Source of the DNA: Escherichia phage Sciku
Strand: one strand, 5' to 3'
DNA: 43,130 nucleotides
Sequence record: MK931439.1
The notes beneath the pieces were generated by a model, which searched no databases, was not told the origin of the DNA, and saw only the letters and a program-made list of their open reading frames with translations. Shown piece after piece: positions 37,217-43,130 of this stretch (its first letter is position 1; the number at the start of each line of letters is the position of its first letter). The position numbers and the translations under genes are program-made.

Positions 37217-37395
37217 TTCACGTTCTCCTTAATCCATGCTTCAACTTTATTACGGTCAAATGTACCCGGTAAACGGCGGCCCATTACTTTAATACAGCAG
37301 TCAGGGAATTTACCACTGCGCAGCCAGTTATTAATTGTCTGACGTGTCACACCGATACGTTCTGCTACTTCATTCTGGGTCATGTAATGTTGCAT
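37213..37395 (-). CDS. small HTH DNA-binding protein
   Basis: 60 aa from ATG 37395 with AGGAGA RBS; HTH-like QNEVAERIGVTRQTINNWL; first gene of the leftward block. Confidence 0.55.
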   Translation of the reverse strand: MQHYMTQNEVAERIGVTRQTINNWLRSGKFPDCCIKVMGRRLPGTFDRNKVEAWIKENVK

Positions 37396-37426
37396 TTTTA
37401 TATCTCCTGTTTGTTTGGTGAAGCTG

Positions 37427-37455
37427 AGTATAGGATAGCGGGAATGTAAAAGCAA
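37427..37455 (-). promoter_or_regulatory. sigma70-like promoter for the leftward replication block
   Basis: minus strand: -35 TTGCTT (37455-37450), 17-nt spacer, -10 TATACT (37432-37427). Confidence 0.4.
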
Positions 37456-37502
37456 CCAAAACGCCACACAAAGTTACTAAGATACAAAAGATGCTTCAGG
37501 TA

Positions 37503-37531
37503 TTGACTTTTACTAAGAAATATGGTAAGCT
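37503..37531 (+). promoter_or_regulatory. sigma70-like promoter (copy 2 of duplicated promoter-leader unit)
   Basis: TTGACT (37503-37508), 17-nt spacer, TAAGCT (37526-37531); same architecture as 5573-5601. Confidence 0.5.
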
Positions 37532-37572
37532 CAGCCTGAGCTTGTGAAGTATGAACAAGCGACCGCGGCGCG
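37503..37572 (+). repeat. conserved about 70-bp promoter-leader block, copy 2
   Basis: near-identical to 5573-5642 with the same 38-nt core; weaker similarity continues for about 70 nt. Confidence 0.7.
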
Positions 37573-37717
37573 CGGCAGGCGAAACGAGCACGTGTAGCGT
37601 GTGGAGTGAGGCTCGCTAGCGCGTTTGGGAGGCCCCAAGTCTATTGTAATTCCAGCCTAAGTAGCTAAGTTACTGATTTGCCGTAGGTTAGAACCGCCAG
37701 CTCACTCACTCACTCTT

Positions 37718-37750
37718 GGTGCCTTCGGCACCACGTTCGTTTCGTTTCGC
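37718..37750 (+). terminator. terminator-like hairpin closing promoter-leader unit 2
   Basis: GGTGCC-TTCG-GGCACC hairpin followed by ACGTTCGTTTCGTTTCG; preceded by a (CTCA)x3 repeat. Confidence 0.4.
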
Positions 37751-37800
37751 TCGCTACCCCCCTTAAACGAAAGAATCACAACGGCAACGTAACTAATCTC

Positions 37801-37829
37801 TTGCACACCCCAACATAATAGGATACTAT
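37801..37829 (+). promoter_or_regulatory. sigma70-like promoter with AATAG-N4-CTATT operator (type B)
   Basis: -35 TTGCAC (37801-37806), 17-nt spacer, -10 TACTAT (37824-37829); palindrome AATAGgataCTATT 37817-37830. Confidence 0.5.
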
Positions 37830-37863
37830 TCACTTATCGAAACGAGACAGAGGAGTGAGGGCT

Positions 37864-38055
37864 ATGTTTAAGAAGGGTCAGTTGGTTAAATACTCCGACG
37901 ATAAACACGGCATAATTGAATTAAAATCTGCTTTATTTCCAGGAGAGTACGTAGTTACCATGCAAAATGTGAGAGGAGTAAATTCACAAATATACGTAGC
38001 GGAGGAGAACTTAAAACTAATCGGCAACAATTTTAAATTCAAAGAGGCGAAGTGA
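37864..38055 (+). CDS. small hypothetical early protein
   Basis: 63 aa from ATG 37864 with GGAG RBS; first gene after promoter 37801. Confidence 0.4.
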   Translation: MFKKGQLVKYSDDKHGIIELKSALFPGEYVVTMQNVRGVNSQIYVAEENLKLIGNNFKFKEAK

Positions 38056-38243
38056 TGGAAGAATTAATTTACGACGTATACGTCGACGGGGTTATCTCAG
38101 AAACGACAAGTAATAAAGATTACGCAATAAAGCTGTATATGTATTACGCGGCCATTGTAGGAAAGATGGTAGAAGTGCGGGAGCGAACGGCATCGAATCA
38201 TGGTGCCAGTGCCGACGACTCTGAGGGAGGTTGCCGTAAATGA
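38052..38243 (+). CDS. small hypothetical protein
   Basis: 63 aa ORF overlapping the upstream stop. Confidence 0.4.
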   Translation: MMEELIYDVYVDGVISETTSNKDYAIKLYMYYAAIVGKMVEVRERTASNHGASADDSEGGCRK

Positions 38244-38431
38244 GAATTCGTATAACTGATGTTGAACAAACATGCCCTGAGGAATACCAGGACGTTAGCC
38301 TTGCGTACTTTGGCGTCTCTGTTGGTGATGAGTTCGACGTAGGGATTAGTTGCGAATATGGGTTTGTTGTAAATCATCGCGGCGAGAATTTGTTCGTCCG
38401 TAATTCTGAATGCGAAGTTCTGGAGGACTAA
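38240..38431 (+). CDS. small hypothetical protein
   Basis: 63 aa ORF overlapping the upstream stop; acidic. Confidence 0.4.
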   Translation: MRIRITDVEQTCPEEYQDVSLAYFGVSVGDEFDVGISCEYGFVVNHRGENLFVRNSECEVLED

Positions 38432-38434
38432 GTT

Positions 38435-38596
38435 ATGAGAGAAGCGTTCGAACGGTGGGCCGTCGTTGAGGGTCTGCCGGTTAACAAGGGTTCGAAGAAA
38501 GAGTACCTGAACGTTAAGACGCGTCTCGCGTGGCGGGCGTGGAAAGCTGGTGCGCAATATCGTGCCGGTATGACAGGTGGTGTAACAGGTCAATAG
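38435..38596 (+). CDS. small hypothetical protein
   Basis: 53 aa ORF below track cutoff; GGAGGA RBS 7 nt upstream. Confidence 0.35.
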   Translation: MREAFERWAVVEGLPVNKGSKKEYLNVKTRLAWRAWKAGAQYRAGMTGGVTGQ

Positions 38597-38733
38597 TTTA
38601 GGATTTTACTGAGTGACTTACGCTGCTACACAGCAGCGTATCATTTTTCTCATTTTTGTCCTATTTCACCAAACGCAACAATCGAATCGACTATTGCAGG
38701 AGATGCAATAATACAAACACCAATAAAATTTAC

Positions 38734-38762
38734 TTGCACGCTGGGGAAGAATAGGATACTAT
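38734..38762 (+). promoter_or_regulatory. sigma70-like promoter with AATAG-N4-CTATT operator (type B)
   Basis: -35 TTGCAC (38734-38739), 17-nt spacer, -10 TACTAT (38757-38762); palindrome AATAGgataCTATT 38750-38763. Confidence 0.5.
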
Positions 38763-38885
38763 TCATTTACACAAACGAGAGGAGAGGCAGAATATGGTTA
38801 CTTTGATGATTATGGAGTTCGAAAACAGCGCTGCAACTTACCGCGACATGTTCAACGAAACGATTAGCTAAGCAGGAGAAATAAG

Positions 38886-39095
38886 ATGGTACAGAGATAC
38901 GAGATAATAAGATGGGGTCTGCCGGAGATGGCTAAGTACCCATACGGTGACTACGTTGAGTATGACAGCTATAAGGAACTGGAGGCCCGACTGGAAGAAG
39001 TCAACGCTGAGTTACAGAAATACAAAGACCAGTTCCCGGATTACGTCGAGTGCGCGAACTGCGGGTCGGTTACACATGTGGAAGGGGTGGATTGA
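38886..39095 (+). CDS. small hypothetical protein, paralog A (MVQRY family)
   Basis: 69 aa; N-terminus MVQRYEI and Y-x-EY-x-SY-x-ELEA pattern shared with the next gene. Confidence 0.45.
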   Translation: MVQRYEIIRWGLPEMAKYPYGDYVEYDSYKELEARLEEVNAELQKYKDQFPDYVECANCGSVTHVEGVD

Positions 39096-39349
39096 TGGTG
39101 CAGAGATACGACTTAACAGAATACTACGTGAGTGGTGCGGTAGATATAACGCCTGTCCCGGACTCGCATGAAGGGCGTTATGTAAGCTACGAAGACTACG
39201 CGCAACTCGAAGCTGAACTCATGAAAGTAAAAGCCGCAGCCCGTTGTCTTGTGCGAGAAGCAGGTAAGGTGTATAGCGATTATAGTGACGTTATAGCACC
39301 TGAGTTTGTAGACCAGCAAACCATACACGAACTAGGTATTCTGTTATGA
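39095..39349 (+). CDS. small hypothetical protein, paralog B (MVQRY family)
   Basis: 84 aa from ATG 39095; N-terminus MVQRYDL; same pattern as 38886-39095. Confidence 0.45.
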   Translation: MVQRYDLTEYYVSGAVDITPVPDSHEGRYVSYEDYAQLEAELMKVKAAARCLVREAGKVYSDYSDVIAPEFVDQQTIHELGILL

Positions 39350-39639
39350 GCCTTGCAACTGACATCCTGAAACGCAGCGGCCTTGCGCCGCTGTCGCCGA
39401 GAGCAAACACTCAGATATACAAGCGCCGCCGTAATACGCTGTACCCAGAGATACAGGAACGACGTAAAGCTATCCGCGCCTGTGGATTCCAGAACGGGAA
39501 GGCCGTGAATCTCGGTGAGTTTAAAACACAAGAACGCGCCGCAATCGCTAATCGACTATTTAATTACTGGAAATCGCTGGGGTACGATGATATTCCGACG
39601 AAACCCCAGAGACGACAATACATCTGGAGGCACAAATGA
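39346..39639 (+). CDS. hypothetical protein
   Basis: 97 aa basic ORF with ATGA overlaps on both sides. Confidence 0.4.
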   Translation: MSLATDILKRSGLAPLSPRANTQIYKRRRNTLYPEIQERRKAIRACGFQNGKAVNLGEFKTQERAAIANRLFNYWKSLGYDDIPTKPQRRQYIWRHK

Positions 39640-40073
39640 CTACTATCGCGTTTGACGGAAAGACGATGGCCTGTGACACCCGAGTAACCGGAGACCACAT
39701 CTACAACACAGATACCAAGATATATGAGAACGAGTTTGTTGTTATCGGTGTAGCAGGCAATGCTGAGGCTGGTATCCTTTTAGTGAAGGACGATAGTATT
39801 TTAGTGCCTAAGCACTACGATTTTGATTTCTCTGCTTTGGTGTGGGTTAAAGACATCGAAACGTTGTGCAAAGTAGAATTCTATAAATCATGGGATTGTG
39901 CACTAAGTTCGGTTATCCCTGTTGCAGATGGTTTTGCCGCCGTCGGTTCCGGTGCACCTTATGCACTGGCGGCTATGTATTTAGGTAATACGGCAACACG
40001 TGCAATTACTATAGCAGAGCAATTCGACCCTAACACCGGCGGCAATATTATTACCAAACAACTATTAGGATAA
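39636..40073 (+). CDS. HslV-like (proteasome-type Ntn-hydrolase) peptidase
   Basis: N-terminal MTTIAFDG with Thr2 as candidate nucleophile; GVAGNAEAG and AVGSGAPYALAA align with HslV GFAGGTADA and GSGGPYAQAA as recalled; 145 aa; GGAGG RBS. Confidence 0.6.
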   Translation: MTTIAFDGKTMACDTRVTGDHIYNTDTKIYENEFVVIGVAGNAEAGILLVKDDSILVPKHYDFDFSALVWVKDIETLCKVEFYKSWDCALSSVIPVADGFAAVGSGAPYALAAMYLGNTATRAITIAEQFDPNTGGNIITKQLLG

Positions 40074-40132
40074 TTCCTAACCGTGCTATCCTCCAGTTAC
40101 TGCATACTTAATACGCACCTGGAGGATTCATC

Positions 40133-40441
40133 TTGGATAAATTTACTGAAACAGTGCCGGTGTGGCTTCTCACCGCCGCACTGGTCGGTGGATTGGTCGG
40201 ACTAAGACAACATAAAAAGTCTATATCCGGTCCAGTCGACGGACTGGTATTTCTTCTCACCGGCTTCGCGTGTGCCGTTTTCGGTGCACCTCTTGCCGCT
40301 CAATGGTTCGGTATTACCGGTGAGCGCGAGATAGCTGGCCTCGGATTCATCATTGCCGTTCTCTGGATGCCTATCTATTCCCGCCTTTCTGGCATTGTCG
40401 CCGGAGAATACATCGCACGTCGCGGAGGTGGCAATGAATGA
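40133..40441 (+). CDS. putative holin
   Basis: 102 aa with several predicted transmembrane helices and a charged C-terminus; immediately upstream of the endolysin. Confidence 0.45.
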   Translation: MDKFTETVPVWLLTAALVGGLVGLRQHKKSISGPVDGLVFLLTGFACAVFGAPLAAQWFGITGEREIAGLGFIIAVLWMPIYSRLSGIVAGEYIARRGGGNE

Positions 40442-40715
40442 GTTATTCTGGTTTGGCGGTATGCTCGCAATCGGGGGCACATCGCTGTTTAACGTATACC
40501 ACCCCAGTGTAGACGATGGCCTGTTTGGTCGTGTGCTGTATATTCTCACTGCTATTGTCTGCGCTGCCGGTTGTATCCACCTGTTACAGGGCAGCGTGTC
40601 ACCAACGTTGCCGGAAACACTAATCACCCTGGTAGCGCTGCGACAGATTCGTCAATCGTGGCTGCATTACCAGTCGAAAGGAGGACATAAGCGTGTCTCG
40701 AAACATTTCAGATAA
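40434..40715 (+). CDS. membrane protein, possible second holin / antiholin
   Basis: 93 aa from ATG 40434; hydrophobic helices FWFGGMLAIGGTSLF and VLYILTAIVCAAGCIHLL; overlaps both neighbours. Confidence 0.4.
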   Translation: MNELFWFGGMLAIGGTSLFNVYHPSVDDGLFGRVLYILTAIVCAAGCIHLLQGSVSPTLPETLITLVALRQIRQSWLHYQSKGGHKRVSKHFR

Positions 40716-41196
40716 TGGATTGCAGTTCAAGAAAGCGTGGGAGAAGTTTCGTGGAACTGCGTACAAAGCCACAAAGAACGAGAAATACTGGACTATAGGC
40801 TGGGGCCATACCGGGCCAGATGTGTACGAAGGGCAGAAGATTACCGAGGGTCAGGGGTTGCTGTTACTTAACCGTGATATGCAGTGGGCGGTGAAAGCAG
40901 TAGACGAGGTGGCGCATCCATCGCTTACCCAGGCCCAGTTTGATGCCGTTGTTGACCTGGTGTTTAACGCCGGAACTGGTGTTATCGCAGCGACTACCGG
41001 AACCGGTAAGGCGCTACGGCAGGGGGACATCGCAGCCTTACGGCACAAGATGAGCCAGTTCATTAACCAGCGCAACCCTAAGACCGGTAAACTTGAACCT
41101 GTTCTGGGCCTGCGCCGTCGTGTAGCGGGTCGCCTGGCGTTGTTCGACGGTAAACCGTGGCAGGAGGCGGAGGATATCGGGAGGGCTGTTAAATGA
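40693..41196 (+). CDS. endolysin, phage lysozyme (GH24-type)
   Basis: EKFRGTAYKATKNEKYWTIGWGHTG matches the catalytic Glu ... TIG-GHTG region of lambda/P22/T4-type lysozymes; QFDAVVDLVFNAG; GTG start with AAGGAGGA RBS. Confidence 0.85.
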   Translation: MSRNISDNGLQFKKAWEKFRGTAYKATKNEKYWTIGWGHTGPDVYEGQKITEGQGLLLLNRDMQWAVKAVDEVAHPSLTQAQFDAVVDLVFNAGTGVIAATTGTGKALRQGDIAALRHKMSQFINQRNPKTGKLEPVLGLRRRVAGRLALFDGKPWQEAEDIGRAVK

Positions 41197-41325
41197 TGGA
41201 CGAATACGAAGGTGTTTAGTATTATGGTTAAGCCAAGTTTTTCGTATTTGCATACTAAGCCTTGGTAAACCTGAAGCAGCAGCCCAAGCGGTGGAGACTG
41301 CGTAGGGTTCAGAGGCTTATGACCG

Positions 41326-41356
41326 AAACCCGGACCGCGAATCCGGGTTTTATTTT
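41326..41356 (+). terminator. rho-independent terminator
   Basis: AAACCCGGA-N7-TCCGGGTTT hairpin followed by TATTTTACC. Confidence 0.55.
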
Positions 41357-41430
41357 ACCATTTGACACCTGAGACTAATCCGACGATACTTAAATCACCT
41401 CCTGCTCCATCCCTCTGCTCTCCAGTTTTA

Positions 41431-41463
41431 TCCCGGCCCTGACCCAGCCGGGATTTTTTTTTT
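41431..41463 (+). terminator. strong rho-independent terminator
   Basis: TCCCGGC-N9-GCCGGGA hairpin followed by a run of 10 T. Confidence 0.75.
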
Positions 41464-41485
41464 ATCTATTTTCTGTAATGACTAG

Positions 41486-41514
41486 TTGACTATTATTCTG
41501 ACACCAATTATATT
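41486..41514 (+). promoter_or_regulatory. sigma70-like promoter
   Basis: TTGACT (41486-41491), 17-nt spacer, TATATT (41509-41514). Confidence 0.45.
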
Positions 41515-41606
41515 TACTCCATCGACGAATCAGCTAATGTTAATATGAGCCTGGATGATTTTATGACTATTGTTGAGCAGGTTCTGGCGTTTTATGGGGA
41601 TGTAAA

Positions 41607-41774
41607 ATGAAAATCACAGATATCGAAGCATTCAAAGATGCACAACTGATGGCACGTATCGCTGTCAGTAACCTGAGCACTACTGTACCAGCGGACGCGT
41701 TCTGGTTCACCGCGATGCAGACACTGAAAGCAGCTTATGCAGGAGAGAAGAAATGGGCGAACAAGGTCAAGTAA
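41607..41774 (+). CDS. small hypothetical protein
   Basis: 55 aa ORF MKITDIEAFKDAQ...; below track cutoff; GGGGA RBS. Confidence 0.35.
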   Translation: MKITDIEAFKDAQLMARIAVSNLSTTVPADAFWFTAMQTLKAAYAGEKKWANKVK

Positions 41775-41914
41775 GCCAACCATTACGCGTAGGCCGTAAA
41801 GTCAGTCACACCCCGTTCCCGACACGCAAGGAACTGATGAAACGTAACAGTTTCCCGGGGCCGGACAAGAACAAGTATCTAAATCGCATGTGGGGAGAGC
41901 GTAAAAATGACTGA
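41753..41914 (+). CDS. small hypothetical protein
   Basis: 53 aa basic ORF with AGGAGAGAAG RBS; overlaps upstream gene in another frame. Confidence 0.3.
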   Translation: MGEQGQVSQPLRVGRKVSHTPFPTRKELMKRNSFPGPDKNKYLNRMWGERKND

Positions 41915-42095
41915 CCGTGAATACGAAAAGATGATGGTAGAGGCCGCGCACGGCAAAACGCAGAACGCTAAAGCCGAAATAGGGATACTTGATAAGTGGA
42001 TAGAAGAACAGGCTCGATACCTTGACCGCCTGATGGAACGCCGCCGTGAACTGATTAACCGGTTCAACCTGAACAAAGGTGACACCAATGCCTAA
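41907..42095 (+). CDS. small hypothetical protein
   Basis: 62 aa ORF; charged helical sequence. Confidence 0.4.
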   Translation: MTDREYEKMMVEAAHGKTQNAKAEIGILDKWIEEQARYLDRLMERRRELINRFNLNKGDTNA

Positions 42096-42327
42096 AATCA
42101 CAATTGCATCGCTCGAGCGTCGTATCCTGGTGCTCGAGTCGGAGAAACAGACGTTAGGCGGGCAACTGTATATCAATGGTGAGTTTCAACTGGAGGCGTT
42201 TAAGTTGCTTCTTGATAAGTTGAGGGAGGACGAAAAGCCTCACGAGCACGATTACTACCTACATGTGGTTGATGGGATACACCAGGCAACGTGCATTAAA
42301 TGTGGTAAAGCGTATGGAGTCGCCTAA
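42088..42327 (+). CDS. small hypothetical protein
   Basis: 79 aa from ATG 42088; C-terminal Cys/His pair HQATCIKCGKAYG. Confidence 0.4.
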   Translation: MPKITIASLERRILVLESEKQTLGGQLYINGEFQLEAFKLLLDKLREDEKPHEHDYYLHVVDGIHQATCIKCGKAYGVA

Positions 42328-42496
42328 ACCAGTAGTCATTGATGGTGTCCTGTGGAAACCATACGCGGTTAACCACATCGACGCCGACGGAAAGAAGTTC
42401 AGCTTCTACATTTTTGCGATTAGCCGTGAGCACGCCGCTTGTGTGGTAGATGATATACGAGAAACGGCGTGGCTTGGCGATGAGATAGTGGGGTGA
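42314..42496 (+). CDS. small hypothetical protein
   Basis: 60 aa from ATG 42314 (MESPKPVV...). Confidence 0.35.
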   Translation: MESPKPVVIDGVLWKPYAVNHIDADGKKFSFYIFAISREHAACVVDDIRETAWLGDEIVG

Positions 42497-42641
42497 GTAT
42501 GTTCGATAATATTGACGCAGCAATCGAAGAAGCAATCTGGCGTCGCTACAACGGTGAGCAACAACGGCACTTCTGCCTGGTGCAGCGCGGTAACATGATT
42601 GCCGTAGTGCAGGACCGCGATAATAAATACCCAAATGCAAT

Positions 42642-42902
42642 GTGGACGACGAGGAATTTCTTAGGATGATTACCAGCATTCCGAACCTGATTAAAGAATA
42701 CGGCACGATGGCGGAGACATGCCGACAAACCGGCATCAATGAAATGACGATTCGCAAGTACAGCAAAGACGTAGACTGCGAGCGCCATGTAATTTATAAC
42801 AACCGCCTGATGACGCACGTCAGGACAAGCCCGGTGTTATTCACACGCCGTGGTATCACGAAGACTGAGCAACGTATCGCACGAGAGGAGGGTGATGTAT
42901 GA
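42642..42902 (+). CDS. small hypothetical protein with possible HTH
   Basis: 86 aa; segment AETCRQTGINEMTIRKYS is HTH-like; start uncertain (GTG at 42642 or ATG at 42666). Confidence 0.35.
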   Translation: MDDEEFLRMITSIPNLIKEYGTMAETCRQTGINEMTIRKYSKDVDCERHVIYNNRLMTHVRTSPVLFTRRGITKTEQRIAREEGDV

Positions 42903-43054
42903 AAAAGTTAACGGTGTACTGGAAGACAGGCGCTACATCAGAACTTGATGTTTTCAGCGTAACGCAATGTGAGAAGTTCTGGTACGCCGAAACATTCAAC
43001 GGTGAAGTGAGAATCCCGTTAGCACTGGTAGACGGCAGGGATATCACCGGGTAA
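42899..43054 (+). CDS. small hypothetical protein
   Basis: 51 aa ORF with GAGAGGAGGG RBS; followed by a terminator hairpin. Confidence 0.35.
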   Translation: MKKLTVYWKTGATSELDVFSVTQCEKFWYAETFNGEVRIPLALVDGRDITG

Positions 43055-43063
43055 CCAACCATC

Positions 43064-43088
43064 AAGCCCTCTACGGAGGGCTTTTCTG
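43064..43088 (+). terminator. rho-independent terminator
   Basis: AGCCCTC-TACG-GAGGGCT hairpin followed by TTTCT. Confidence 0.55.
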
Positions 43089-43130
43089 TACATCCAGCCC
43101 AATCCCCTTATATAATCCCTTTAGACGCGT

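Noticed and set aside
1-43130. Search for CRISPR arrays, integrase or attachment sites, rRNA genes
   Set aside because: No regularly spaced direct repeats with unique spacers, no tyrosine or serine recombinase motifs in any ORF, and no rRNA-like sequence; the phage appears virulent with no array.

Overview
The window reads as a complete or near-complete genome of a virulent tailed, siphovirus-type dsDNA phage of about 43 kb. From memory the layout resembles Jersey-like (Guernseyvirinae) enterobacterial phages, but I could not run any search to confirm this. Gene order: (1) a plus-strand packaging and morphogenesis block from about 52 to 24720, (2) a minus-strand replication block from 24751 to 37395, (3) a plus-strand block of small early-type genes from 37864 to 39639, an HslV-like peptidase and a lysis cassette (40133-41196), and (4) a final set of small genes (41607-43054). 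No integrase, CI-type repressor, tRNA, rRNA or CRISPR array was found. Features that stand out: two homologous promoter-plus-leader units that each end in a terminator hairpin; a 14-bp palindrome AATAG-N4-CTATT embedded in at least seven promoters; a five-gene antisense moron island inside the tail module; a second antisense moron between the portal and head-morphogenesis genes; an intein with a LAGLIDADG endonuclease splitting the helicase P-loop; a free-standing HNH-AP2 endonuclease; an orphan HslV-like peptidase; and a tail fibre carrying an SGNH esterase domain. Protein calls rest on motifs read directly from the translations plus gene order. Coordinates of promoters, terminators and small genes not in the ORF track were hand-counted and may be off by a base or two.
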